The translations under genes were made by a program, and so were the position numbers. The notes beneath the pieces are model-generated. The model was given only the letters and a program-made list of their open reading frames with translations. It had not been told where the DNA came from and did no database searches. From an uncultured Spirochaetota bacterium (GTDB lineage Bacteria > Spirochaetota > Brevinematia > Brevinematales > JAOACQ01), in contig CAWAOD010000003.1 in NCBI GenBank assembly GCA_963783575.1, positions 256,001 through 320,000 on the forward strand: a DNA stretch of 64,000 nucleotides, in the 5' to 3' direction. Positions 1 through 10,781 of the stretch are shown piece by piece (positions within the stretch are counted from its first letter, which is position 1; the number at the start of each line of letters is the position of its first letter).

Positions 1-2
1 TA

Positions 3-326
3 AAACCCCCGGTTAACGGAAAAATAAACCCTGCTGATCCTGACTATGTTATGTATCCTTTTAAAACTGGCTTTGTAAGGCTCGGCAAGTTATATTATAT
101 TGAGACCGGAAAAAGATTGGAATTTTATCCGTTATCTTTTAACAAGAGCGCAGGAATACTGGCAATCGGAAGATCAGTGTTTTATAATCCTGAAAATTCG
201 ATTCGCTATGAAGAAAAGAGAATAGCAAATTACCTTGAAACAGAAATACAAAATCTTCATAAATACTTTTCAAAAATATACCTGGAAGGAATCGAAAAAC
301 CGAGGCTAATAAAGAAGATAAAATAG
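3..326 (+). CDS. 3' part of a probable glycerol-phosphate/lysophospholipid acyltransferase-like protein (5'-truncated by the window edge)
   Basis: The frame is open from position 3. 'YPFKTGFVRLG...LEFYPL' resembles the FxxGF block near the C-terminus of PlsC-like acyltransferases. Confidence 0.45.
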   Translation, partial: KPPVNGKINPADPDYVMYPFKTGFVRLGKLYYIETGKRLEFYPLSFNKSAGILAIGRSVFYNPENSIRYEEKRIANYLETEIQNLHKYFSKIYLEGIEKPRLIKKIK

Positions 327-405
327 ATCATTTTTCTTCAGGCGGATAATTTATTGGACAGCCAGACACCTGAAAGGTCTGGCCGCCCTTACATCAAAAA
401 GGCAT

Positions 406-1968
406 TTATTTTACAACAAGGGAATTGACACAGGAATACGAATCTGAGCTGTCGAGAATCGTTAATGCTCCATTCTTCCAGTAACAGGCCTGCGGGCTTC
501 CATAACCGCCGCCGACAAAAACATTTCCAGAACCGTCCACTGCGATGGAAGAAACGATATATCCGGAGAATGTGGTTTGTTTCCCGTTCTTCCAGTAACA
601 GGGATAACTATTATTGCCGTAATACCCGCAGACGAAAACATTCCCCGAGCCGTCAATTGTAATGGAACTGGCATTGCCATAATAGCCGGAATTATCGAGA
701 GTAGTTAAAGACCCATTCTTCCAGTAACAGGGGCAGTTATACTTAGCGCTGTTTCGATAGTACCCGCAGGCGAAAACATTCCCCGAACCGTCCACCGCAA
801 TGCCATTAACCTTCGAATCAACATTGGTTAGAACTGTCAAAACCCCGTCCTTCCAGTAACAAGCAATGTTCGTACTGTTGGTGTCTTGATAATATCCCCC
901 TACGAATACGTGCCCGGAACTGTCCACTGCCAGGGAATTAACCTGGGAATTCACATTGGTCAAAGCTGTCAAAATCCCATTTATCCAATAACAGGCTCCA
1001 TGATTTGTTATGTTATAATAAGACCCGCCGGCGTATATATTTCCCGAGCCATCAACCACAAGAGAATTGACACCGGATAAATCAGTATTATCAATAGATA
1101 TAAATACTCCGTTTTTCCAGTAACAAGCATAGCTATTTAAAGCCCCACCGGCGTAAGCATTCCCCGAACCATCCACTACAAGGGAATTAACCTGGGAATT
1201 CACATTGGTCAGAGTCGTCAAAACCCCGTTTATCCAGTAACAGGCAGCATTATTAACGTATCCACCGGCGTAAACGTTAACATTGTTCCATAATGTATAA
1301 ACCGTGGTATTGGTCGTAACTCCTGTACCTGCTGTAAAAACATATCCTCCGCCATTAGTCGCCGTGTACCAGCCCGCAAAGTAATTACCTGTTTTTGACG
1401 GTGAAGCGGGAAGAGTACCGACATTCGTCGATGGAAATATAACATATTCCGTTTCTGTAGCCGGAGTTCCACCCTGGTTATCAAATGTTACCGTATTGGT
1501 TAAGTACGGAGCCCAGGGTGAAAATGTTAAATAATTATTAAATGTCTTGTCGCAATCAGTTACAAAACCGTTATTATAGTGCTGCAGCTTTATTTCTATG
1601 GAATAAGGCGGTACACCTGCCGAAAAAGGTACTCCGCCCGTAGGGAGAATTCCTAACCAAAATCCTCCGCTTGAGGCAGTTGTTGAACTTATAGTTGGAT
1701 AATCCCAATAATTTCCAACGCTATCTCTAAAATAAGCATAAAGATAATACTGCTGGTAACCCGGCATGTCATCGTAGGATACATATACTTCAAAGGTAAA
1801 AGCACTGTTACCATAAGTGCTGGTCCCAAGGCTGCCCAAATTATTGCTGGTAATGCTTATAGAACCGCTGCCGCCGCTGCTGGAACTGCTTCCAGGGCCG
1901 TTGCCGCAACCCTCAGCTATGCAAAGGATAACAATAAAGATGCCGATAACAAAGATTTCCCTGATCAT
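406..1968 (-). CDS. Lipoprotein with InlB-B/Flg_new-like repeat and C-terminal beta-propeller repeats
   Basis: Signal peptide with lipobox AEGC and a Ser/Gly linker. 'TVTFDNQGG...PSKTGNYFAGWYT' domain, then about 7 repeats of 'VDGSGNVF.GG...ACYWKNG'. GGGAGG RBS upstream. Confidence 0.75.
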   Translation of the reverse strand: MIREIFVIGIFIVILCIAEGCGNGPGSSSSSGGSGSISITSNNLGSLGTSTYGNSAFTFEVYVSYDDMPGYQQYYLYAYFRDSVGNYWDYPTISSTTASSGGFWLGILPTGGVPFSAGVPPYSIEIKLQHYNNGFVTDCDKTFNNYLTFSPWAPYLTNTVTFDNQGGTPATETEYVIFPSTNVGTLPASPSKTGNYFAGWYTATNGGGYVFTAGTGVTTNTTVYTLWNNVNVYAGGYVNNAACYWINGVLTTLTNVNSQVNSLVVDGSGNAYAGGALNSYACYWKNGVFISIDNTDLSGVNSLVVDGSGNIYAGGSYYNITNHGACYWINGILTALTNVNSQVNSLAVDSSGHVFVGGYYQDTNSTNIACYWKDGVLTVLTNVDSKVNGIAVDGSGNVFACGYYRNSAKYNCPCYWKNGSLTTLDNSGYYGNASSITIDGSGNVFVCGYYGNNSYPCYWKNGKQTTFSGYIVSSIAVDGSGNVFVGGGYGSPQACYWKNGALTILDSSDSYSCVNSLVVK

Positions 1969-2209
1969 AAGAATTTAACCTCCCACAGATATTGTTTCAA
2001 ACTTATTTTAAAGAAAATAATAGGAAACCTTATGATTATAACTAAGGATAGGTTATTACAAAGTCATAAAAATTGCAAAAAACTTATAAAAATATTGATT
2101 TGATTTATCCAAAAATATGTAATTAAAAGAACAGCTTTAGTAATGACAACAGCTAAAGTATCTCAACATTGGTAAAATTATGGGAATAGCCGGAGGCTTT
2201 TCTTAGTAG

Positions 2210-4741
2210 CTAAACTCCGCTTTTTGTCCCGGCGGTTTCCTTCCTGCTCCTGGTCTCTTTCTTTTTTCCCGGATTTATACCGGTATCATTAGATTTAATA
2301 TTGAAAGATACTGAATTGTTTTTTAATGTGACCTTAATTTCAATCAGCACATTATCATTCCCAAGGCTAACATTTTCAGATAAAAGCTTATCCGTTGCCG
2401 GAATTTCAATAATTTTGCTGATAGCCCTGGTTAATGAGCGTGCTCCGTATTTAGGGTCAAAGCCTTTTTCAATAATATATTTTTTTACTTCCAGGCTGAC
2501 CGTAAAATGAATTCCCTTTATTACAAGGGTTTCATTCAATTCTTCTATCATTTTGTCAACTATTTCTACCAGTACGGAATCGTCAAGCTGGTCGAAAATC
2601 ACAATTTCATCGATCCTGTTCAGGAATTCGGGTTTGAAGGTTTGCTTCAATTCCGACAGGATATAATCTTTTGTTTTCTCGCCGTTCATTTCGCTGTCTG
2701 TAAAACCTAGATTTCCCTTATTTGTAAAATGCGATGTACCCAGGTTTGATGTAAGTATCAATATTGAATTCCTGAAGTCCACTTTATTGCCGAGACTGTC
2801 CGTAATCCTGCCTTCGTCCAGAATCTGTAGAAGCATATTAAAGACTTCGGGATGGGCTTTTTCAATTTCATCGAATAATACAACCGAGTACGGCTTCCGC
2901 CTGATTTTCTCGGTAAGTTCGCCCCCGGATTCATGACCGATATAACCGGGAGGAGCTCCGACAATTTTTGAGACATTGAATTTTTCCATGTATTCGCTCA
3001 TATCAACACGTATAAGGTCCTCTTCGGAACCGAACATAAATTTTGCCAGAGCCTTCGCAAGCGCTGTTTTACCCACACCTGTTGGTCCAAGGAAGATAAG
3101 GCTTGATATAGGCCTTGTTGCTTTACGCATCCCGACAACATTCTTTTTTATTGCATTTGATATAGCCTCAATCGCTTTTTCCTGTCCTTTAACGCTTTTC
3201 CTCAATTCATCCCCAATGCTTAGAAAGCGTTTTTTGTTATCGTCATCATTCAACCTGCTTACAGGGATATTTGTGATGGAGGACAGCACCTCTTCAATAT
3301 CCTTCTGATCGATCACGATCCTGTCTTTATGATTTTCATTAAGCCACATAATCTTTATTTTTTCATGGAGATTCCGGAGTTCCTTTATCCTATCGCGCAG
3401 TCCGGCAGCCTGTTCATAAACCTGGGTTTTAACGAGGCTGTTCTTTTTATCCTCCATTATTGCGATTTCATTTTCGATTTTTATCAGTTCATCGGGTTTT
3501 CCATTTAACGAGATGCCGGAAAAGGCCCCGGCTTCATCTATAATATCAATGGCCTTATCGGGTAGTTTTCTGTCGGTAATATAGCGGTGGGATAATTTCA
3601 CAGCTGAAACAATTGCCCTGTCGGTATAGGTTACATGATGGAACTGCTCGTATTTTGTCTTTATCCTGGATAGAATTTCTATAGTTTCATCAATACCCGG
3701 TTCATTGACTATAATCGGCTGGAATCTCCTTACAAGGGCTTTATCTCTTTCGATGCGCTTCCTGTATTCGTCAAAAGTCGTTGCGCCTATGCAGCGTATT
3801 GTTCCCCTGGCTAAAGCCGGCTTGAGCATGTTCGAGGCGTCAAGAGCGCCTTCGGCGTTGCCGGCACCGAGGATAGTATGAATCTCATCGATGAAGAGAA
3901 TCACATCATCGGAATCCTCAGCTTCCTTAACTATATTTTTCATCCTCTCCTCAAACTCACCCCTGTATTTTGTACCTGCAACTATTAATCCCAGGTCAAG
4001 GAGAAGGATCTTTTTATCGATCAATTTTTCAGGTACTGTATTGTTCACGATCATCTGCGCAATCCCTTCAACTATGGCCGTTTTACCGACACCCGGTTCG
4101 CCGATGAGGATGGGATTGTTCTTCTGCCTCCTGGAGAGAACCTGGATTACCCTTTTAATTTCGTTATATCTTCCTATAACCGGATCAAGATGGCCCTGGG
4201 CCGCAAGAAAGGTAATATTTTTCGAGAAGCGGTCAAGAAACTGGGTTTTGACCTGCTTTTTTTTACTTTTATAATTGTTAATCTCGCCGTACCCTACAGT
4301 TTTAATTACAGCCTGCCTGATAAAGTTTAAATCCACATTGCGGTTTGCAATAATTAATGGAACAAGCGCATCCGGATCGTCCTCAGCTATCACTGCCAGC
4401 AGAAGATGTTCGGTACCGACATAATTATGCCCTATGATTTTCGACTCTTCCTTACTGGTTTCTATAACATTTTTAAACCTTCCGGAAATCGGAATACCGC
4501 CCAATGTAAGTGTATTGCTTGATTTTCCGCGGAGCATCATTTCCAGCTCCCTTTTTATATCATCAAGGTCAAGGCCTATATACGCCATCGCTCGGACACC
4601 GGCGCCTTCAATTTCCCGTAATATTCCTAGGAATAAATGCTCCGGGTTTACCTGATCGCTGAAAAGCCTTCTTGCCTCCTGCTGAGCCAGAATGGACAGC
4701 ACTTTTTGTGCCCTGGGTGTGAATCCTGTAAAATCACTCAT
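2210..4741 (-). CDS. clpC: ATP-dependent Clp protease ATP-binding subunit ClpC
   Basis: Clp_N repeats, two AAA+ modules (GEPGVGKT, GPTGVGKT) and a UVR coiled coil. Downstream of mcsA/mcsB. Confidence 0.95.
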   Translation of the reverse strand: MSDFTGFTPRAQKVLSILAQQEARRLFSDQVNPEHLFLGILREIEGAGVRAMAYIGLDLDDIKRELEMMLRGKSSNTLTLGGIPISGRFKNVIETSKEESKIIGHNYVGTEHLLLAVIAEDDPDALVPLIIANRNVDLNFIRQAVIKTVGYGEINNYKSKKKQVKTQFLDRFSKNITFLAAQGHLDPVIGRYNEIKRVIQVLSRRQKNNPILIGEPGVGKTAIVEGIAQMIVNNTVPEKLIDKKILLLDLGLIVAGTKYRGEFEERMKNIVKEAEDSDDVILFIDEIHTILGAGNAEGALDASNMLKPALARGTIRCIGATTFDEYRKRIERDKALVRRFQPIIVNEPGIDETIEILSRIKTKYEQFHHVTYTDRAIVSAVKLSHRYITDRKLPDKAIDIIDEAGAFSGISLNGKPDELIKIENEIAIMEDKKNSLVKTQVYEQAAGLRDRIKELRNLHEKIKIMWLNENHKDRIVIDQKDIEEVLSSITNIPVSRLNDDDNKKRFLSIGDELRKSVKGQEKAIEAISNAIKKNVVGMRKATRPISSLIFLGPTGVGKTALAKALAKFMFGSEEDLIRVDMSEYMEKFNVSKIVGAPPGYIGHESGGELTEKIRRKPYSVVLFDEIEKAHPEVFNMLLQILDEGRITDSLGNKVDFRNSILILTSNLGTSHFTNKGNLGFTDSEMNGEKTKDYILSELKQTFKPEFLNRIDEIVIFDQLDDSVLVEIVDKMIEELNETLVIKGIHFTVSLEVKKYIIEKGFDPKYGARSLTRAISKIIEIPATDKLLSENVSLGNDNVLIEIKVTLKNNSVSFNIKSNDTGINPGKKKETRSRKETAGTKSGV

Positions 4742-4753
4742 TATAATCTCCGA

Positions 4754-5782
4754 TTATATTTTTACCATTCTGTATTTAATCTGTAATATAAGATTACGCA
4801 GCATATTAAGCCTTACTTTGCCGGTCGAATCAGGTTCAACACTGTATTTATATATTAAATAATCATCGCTGGCATGGAAAATCAAATTTCTGATCTCCTG
4901 AATATTATTGACCGAAATGAATTTTTTATTTAATGCGTCAATAAGGGATATGTAATAAACAAGTGCCGAATAATCCAGACTTTCCTTGACAGAAATCTCA
5001 TGTATCTCTTCAAAAGAAAGCTCCATTTCATCCTTGTTATTGAAATATTCCATCCTAGATTTTGTTTCCAGTTGAAATACTTTTATTAAAAACTGTTCAT
5101 ATTCCATAAGCAGTTCTTCTTCGGATACACCCAATGAATAGATATTATAAATCATAAACAACCCCGAATCCCCATTCTCAAGCAGATTGACAGCTGAATA
5201 TCCCATCTTGTTGGCTGTTTCAATAAATTTCTCAATTTTTTTCATTGCCACAAGGCCGTACAAATTCACGATTGAAGAAATTCTTAACCCGGTACCGACA
5301 TTTAATATCGAAGCCGTCAAATATCCGTAATGCTCATCATAGGAAAAATCGATTTTTTCTTCAATTTTATCCATTACGTCAGAAATTCGCCTGTATATCT
5401 GCCTGGGGTTAAATCCGTTCTCTATGGAAAGAATCCTAATGTGATCGTCTTCATTGAGCAGGATAACCCAGCCGCCGTTTATTTCGTAAACAAAAGTCCT
5501 TCCGAATTTAAGGAATTCATTTGTAATCACATGATTTGACAGGTAAATCAAAGTATTATCCCTGCCCATTTCGTCGATTGTTTCTTTTTCAATATCGCAG
5601 GGTAATTCTTTGATTCTTTCAAATACTTTTTCATCAATGATGGATTTTTCTTTCGAAGAAAGAGTGAGCGGAAAATTTAAACCCTCTATATTCCGCGCAA
5701 TTCTTACCCTTGTCGTAAACACAAAATTATCAAGTTGATTTCTTTTTCTATCCTGAGTCTTTGGAAACTCAATAAATTTCAT
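4754..5782 (-). CDS. mcsB: McsB-like ATP:guanido phosphotransferase-fold protein (divergent)
   Basis: TTRVRIARN, NEDDHIRI and GYLT..NVGTGLR motifs. Lies between mcsA and clpC. Confidence 0.8.
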   Translation of the reverse strand: MKFIEFPKTQDRKRNQLDNFVFTTRVRIARNIEGLNFPLTLSSKEKSIIDEKVFERIKELPCDIEKETIDEMGRDNTLIYLSNHVITNEFLKFGRTFVYEINGGWVILLNEDDHIRILSIENGFNPRQIYRRISDVMDKIEEKIDFSYDEHYGYLTASILNVGTGLRISSIVNLYGLVAMKKIEKFIETANKMGYSAVNLLENGDSGLFMIYNIYSLGVSEEELLMEYEQFLIKVFQLETKSRMEYFNNKDEMELSFEEIHEISVKESLDYSALVYYISLIDALNKKFISVNNIQEIRNLIFHASDDYLIYKYSVEPDSTGKVRLNMLRNLILQIKYRMVKI

Positions 5783-6362
5783 CTTCTTTTCCGACGGGAT
5801 GGTTGCCTGTAAGCTTATCCAATTTCTTTTTTATTTTATCCGCCTGTTCGTAATTTTCGGAATGTATGGATTTCTTCAGCTGATTTTTCAGGTAATGAAT
5901 TTCCTTTTTTAAAAGAAATATACCGGCATATTTTTTCGGCATTTTCCCCCGATGAATACTTCCCCTTTCAAGCTCAAGCAAAATATCGGAAATCTGTTCT
6001 TTAAAATATGAATAGCAATATGGACACCCGAAATATCCGCTTTCTTTGAAATCATCGTATAATAAATCGCAATTACCGCATTTTAACGAGTTCTTACCGT
6101 TCTTTGACTGCATCATCGTGCTGATTATACTTATGTTTGAAACAATAGAGGTCAGGAGGCTTTTCATTTCCTCAAGAGCATCGGCTACCCTGCGGTCTAT
6201 AAGATCAAGTTTTTGAAGCCGCCCTTTATTCTCCATATATTTTATGGCGCATTGAGCGCAAAGGCCCTTTTCTTCTATTTTATCCCTCACCATTACCTTT
6301 ACAAATATAAGAGCCTCATTTTCACAGCAAATACTGCATTTCTGCAACCTGTAACCAGACAT
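5769..6362 (-). CDS. mcsA: McsA, protein-arginine kinase activator (CxxC motifs + UVR domain)
   Basis: Four CxxC motifs, GCPYCY, HRGKMP and C-terminal ENYEQADKIK UVR motif. Confidence 0.88.
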   Translation of the reverse strand: MSGYRLQKCSICCENEALIFVKVMVRDKIEEKGLCAQCAIKYMENKGRLQKLDLIDRRVADALEEMKSLLTSIVSNISIISTMMQSKNGKNSLKCGNCDLLYDDFKESGYFGCPYCYSYFKEQISDILLELERGSIHRGKMPKKYAGIFLLKKEIHYLKNQLKKSIHSENYEQADKIKKKLDKLTGNHPVGKEDEIY

Positions 6363-6613
6363 GATCCGATTCTCCCTTAATTTCCTAATAATATTATCGA
6401 AACAAGACGGCTAAATATGAAAATTAATTATAACAATTCATTTTCTATATCATGATAGCACAAATCATCAAAAAGGTAAAGGAAACATTGCAGGGTTTAG
6501 TTTTAAATTGACAGGCCAAAAACTTTAAAAAAAGATAAGAATATGCTAATCTATATCCTTATCTTAATTTGTGATTAAACAAGCAAGTGCATAGAACGTA
6601 TTTAGGAGTTGAT

Positions 6614-9303
6614 ATGGGTTTGTTGTTAAAACTATTTTATCTGATTGTCGGCACAAAACAGGAAAAAGATATAAAAAAGATGAAGCCGGTGGTTGAAAAA
6701 ATAAATTCTCTTGAAAAAGAAATATCCGGCCTTTCAAACAGCGATCTTTCAAAAAAAACAAGTGAGTTTAAAGAAAGGCTTAAAAAAGGAGAGCCTTTAG
6801 ACAATCTTCTGCCGGAAGCGTTTGCCGTTGTGCGGGAAGTTTCCAAGAGGACGCTTAAGCTTAGGCATTTTGATGTCCAGTTAATGGGCGGAATATCCCT
6901 TAATAATAATATGATCTCGGAAATGAAGACAGGTGAAGGGAAAACTCTTGTCGCTACGCTGGCATTATATCTTAATGCGCTTTCTGAAAAGGGATGCCAT
7001 CTGATTACCGTCAATGATTACCTGGCAAAAAGGGACGCAATATGGATGGGCCCTATTTACAAATTTCTGGAATTAAGTGCCGGTGTGATAAACCATGAAA
7101 AATCATACCGTATAGAGTGGGATGATATTTCTCAATACATAGTAAAAACGGTTGAATGCGGAAGAAAAGAGGCTTATAACTGTGACATTACTTATGGAAC
7201 AAATAATGAGTTCGGTTTTGATTATCTCCGCGACAACATGGTTTTTTCCCTGGAACAGAAAGTCCAGCGCGGACACAATTATTCGATCGTCGATGAAGTT
7301 GACTCGATCCTGATCGATGAGGCCAGAACACCGCTCATTATATCCGGTCCTTCCGATGAAGCCACGGATTTATATTATAAAATCGATAAATTTATTCCGC
7401 GTCTGACCGAAGCCCAGGTTAACGATAAAAAGGAACCTATTGAGGGAACCGGTGATTATGCCGTTGATGAAAAAGACAAGTCGGCAGTTCTGACCGAAAT
7501 GGGTATAGAAAAAGTCGAAAAACTCCTGGGAATCAAGGAACTATATTCTCCGCGTAACAGCAATATCGTACATCACATCATACAGGCCATAAGGGCTCAT
7601 AAACTTTACCAGAAAGACGTGGCTTATGTTATCGAAAACGGCGAGGTTGTGATCGTAGATGAATTTACAGGAAGGAAAATGCCTGGTCGGCGCTGGTCGG
7701 ACGGCCTGCACCAGGCTATTGAAGCAAAAGAAAGGGTGCAGATAAAACAGGAATTCCAGACCCTGGCCACCGTAACCTTCCAGAATTACTTCCGTATGTA
7801 CACGAAACTCGCAGGTATGACGGGAACAGCCGAAACTGAAGCGCAGGAATTCTACTCGATATACAAGCTTGACGTTGCGGTAATACCGACAAATGTCGCC
7901 GTCGCGCGTACTGATCATTCCGACAAGGTCTATATAAATGAAAACGCAAAGTTTAAAGCCATTGTTCGCGATGTCGAGGAAAGACATAAAAAGGGCCAGC
8001 CAATCCTTCTTGGTACCATATCCGTAGAAAAGTCTGAAAAATTGTCAAAACTCCTAAACCAGCACCGGATAAGGCATAATGTCCTTAATGCCAAATTTCA
8101 TGAAAAAGAAGCTGAAATCATCGCAAACGCCGGTTTGAACGGTTCGGTCACAATCGCTACGAATATGGCGGGAAGAGGCACAGATATTAAGCTCGGTGAT
8201 GGGGTTGTCGAGGCAGGAGGGTCTATGTAATCGGAAGCGAGCGGCATGAAGCAAGAAGAATCGACAACCAGCTTCGCGGCCGTTCCGGAAGGCAAGGCGA
8301 TCCAGGTTCCTCCCAGTTTTATGTCTCGCTGCAGGATGATTTGATGAGACTTTTCGGCATGGACAACCAGATGAAGCTTATGCAGTCTTTCGGTTTCAGC
8401 GAGGATGAAGAAATCCAGAGCAGAATGATCAGTAGGGCAATTGAGAGTGCACAGAAGCGTGTTGAGGGCAGAAACTTCGAGATCAGAAAAAACCTTCTCG
8501 AATACGATAATGTTATGAATGAGCAGCGGGTTTACATATATTCAATGCGCGACAGAATTCTTGACATAAGCCGTAACTTCTCGCTTATTGACGAACTAAT
8601 ACGAAATGTTGTAACGGATTATACTGGAACTTTCGATAAGCCGCAGAAACCCGATTACTGGAATAAGGATGAAATAAGAAAATGGTTCAAATACATATTT
8701 TTTGCCGATGTTGAAATAAATATCTCGACTAAAGATTATGAGACCGCAATTGATGAGTTATCCGGCAAGCTGAAGGATATTGTCTGGAACAGGTTCAAAA
8801 ATGTACCCGATGAAATCCGCGCCGAGGGTTTTAAATATGTTGTTTTGAATATCCTTGATACAAAATGGAAGGAACATCTTAGGAATATCGATTCTTTACA
8901 GGAAGGGATCGGCCTGAGGGGTTATGCTCAGAGAAACCCGATTGTGGAATACAAACTTGAAGCTTATGATCTTTTCACTGCCATGCGTTCAAGTTTTATG
9001 ACAGAAGCCCTCTCGCTGTTGTCCAGGCTTGAAATTCATGCGCGTGTGGAACAGGAACCGCTGCCTGAAGAATCGGCAATACCAGCAAAAGTTCAGACAA
9101 TTCACAATGAGGTCGGCCAATTCGGAGGAGCGTCGGGCGGGAAAGAGCAGAAGCCGCCTATTAATACAAAGCCCCAGCCAATTAAAAGAAATATTAAACT
9201 TGGGAGAAATGACCTGTGCTGGTGCGGCAGCGGGAAAAAATATAAAAACTGCCATATGGAAGAGGATTTAAGTAAACAACGCGCATCTATGTCTGTAAGT
9301 TGA
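6614..9303 (+). CDS. secA: Preprotein translocase subunit SecA (apparent 1-bp deletion near 8219-8222 splits the ORF)
   Basis: [27 protein letters not shown] and [10 protein letters not shown] motifs. After the shift the sequence reads [29 protein letters not shown]-terminal SEC-C motif [16 protein letters not shown] at 6614 with AGGAG RBS. Confidence 0.95.
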
Positions 9304-9320
9304 TATAAGAGGGGTTAATT

Positions 9321-10352
9321 ATGGATTACAAATCGGCAGGTGTTGATATCAATAAGGCTGATGATCTGATTGAGAATGTTAAAAATTTTGCCAGAGAAAC
9401 CTACACAAAAGGCGTATTAAGCGGTGTTGGAGGTTTCGGTTCTCTATTTGAAATTGGAAAATATAAAAATCCGGTTCTTGTTTCATCAACAGACGGTATA
9501 GGTACAAAGATAAAACTTGCCGAAGAAATGGAAAAATATTATGGCCTTGGTTATGACCTTGTCGCCATGTGCGTTGACGATATTATTTGCTGCGGCGCTA
9601 AACCGCTGTTTTTTCTTGATTATATAGCTGTGGGAAAACTTCAGGAGGGATTATACTTAAAATTCATAGAAAGCATTTCCAGAGCATGCCAGTTTGCCGA
9701 ATGCGCGCTTGTAGGAGGCGAAACGGCAGAGCTTCCGGGAATGTATCCCGAAAATGAGTTCGACCTCGCCGGCTTTGCCGTTGGAATTATCGAAAAGGAT
9801 CAAATTATTGATCCGGAACATATAAAGGAAGGAGATGCTGTAATTGGACTTGCATCATCCGGTTTTCACAGCAACGGTTTTTCTCTGATAAGGAAAATTG
9901 TTGAAACCAATAATCTTGATCTCCATAAAAATTACGGTTTCGGCGTTCTCGGCAATATCCTGCTGACACCTACCGAAATATATTCGCCTGTTATTTTAAA
10001 GGCAATATCAAAGTTTTCAAAAGGAATAAAAGGCATAGCCCATATTACCGGAGGCGGAATAGAAGGCAACCTCAGCAGGGTTATACCGCATGATTTAAAT
10101 GCGGTAGTAAACAAGAGCAGCTGGAAGGTTCCGGAACTTTTCCAGTTTATTAAAGATCAGGGCCAGGTTGAAGAAAATGAAGCTTACCAGGTTTTTAATA
10201 TGGGGCTGGGTATGGCATTGATTGTGGATTCCCATATGAAAGCAGAAATACAGAGATTTTTTAATAATAATTCATACAAGGCTTATGATATTGGAATTAT
10301 GGAAAAAGGCGAAGGTAAAGTAAAAATGATTAATTATCCGATTATTGCTTAG
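9321..10352 (+). CDS. purM: Phosphoribosylformylglycinamidine cyclo-ligase
   Basis: MDYKSAGVDI, TDGIGTK, GGETAELPG, SGFHSNGFSL, HITGGG and FNMG motifs. Confidence 0.96.
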   Translation: MDYKSAGVDINKADDLIENVKNFARETYTKGVLSGVGGFGSLFEIGKYKNPVLVSSTDGIGTKIKLAEEMEKYYGLGYDLVAMCVDDIICCGAKPLFFLDYIAVGKLQEGLYLKFIESISRACQFAECALVGGETAELPGMYPENEFDLAGFAVGIIEKDQIIDPEHIKEGDAVIGLASSGFHSNGFSLIRKIVETNNLDLHKNYGFGVLGNILLTPTEIYSPVILKAISKFSKGIKGIAHITGGGIEGNLSRVIPHDLNAVVNKSSWKVPELFQFIKDQGQVEENEAYQVFNMGLGMALIVDSHMKAEIQRFFNNNSYKAYDIGIMEKGEGKVKMINYPIIA

Positions 10353-10379
10353 CCAGGAGTGAAATAGAAAAATTAATAT

Positions 10380-10766
10380 TCAGCCCTTCCATTTTCCATC
10401 TTTAATCTCTATTGCAAAAAACTTATCAAGCTTATCCTGGGGCAATACATATATCTGTACTTTAATGACTTCGCCGTTTATAAGCTTAGCATTCATTTCT
10501 TTTCTAATATAGAACGAATCATCGATTTTATCAGGGTAATAACCCTCGAATTCGTCTATTTCATCCAGCAGGTGATCGCTGATTTCATAGATTTCACCGT
10601 AGACTTTATTTCTGGCAGGATGTTCTTCGTCTAGAATTGCCGGAAACTCAATACCAAGATCATAAAGCGTACCATTAACAAAGGCTTCGGAATAGAGCCC
10701 GGCTTTATCAATAATTTTGTGATCGGCTGAATTGCGTTTTAAGCTGCCGTAAACGAAAAGATACAT
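10380..10766 (-). CDS. Gamma-glutamylcyclotransferase (AIG2-like) family protein
   Basis: FVYGSLK N-terminal motif, VYGEIYEI and DEFEG. Confidence 0.85.
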   Translation of the reverse strand: MYLFVYGSLKRNSADHKIIDKAGLYSEAFVNGTLYDLGIEFPAILDEEHPARNKVYGEIYEISDHLLDEIDEFEGYYPDKIDDSFYIRKEMNAKLINGEVIKVQIYVLPQDKLDKFFAIEIKDGKWKG

Positions 10767-10781
10767 TTATAATAACCCCGG

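Noticed and set aside
406..1300. CRISPR-like regularly spaced repeats (TTCCAGTAACA...)
   Set aside because: These are the coding repeats (CYWKNG) of the beta-propeller lipoprotein. No cas genes are present.
8215..8345. Programmed frameshift or split secA
   Set aside because: No slippery heptamer or stimulatory structure. One missing base restores the canonical GGLYVIG motif, and other indels in the window point to sequencing error.
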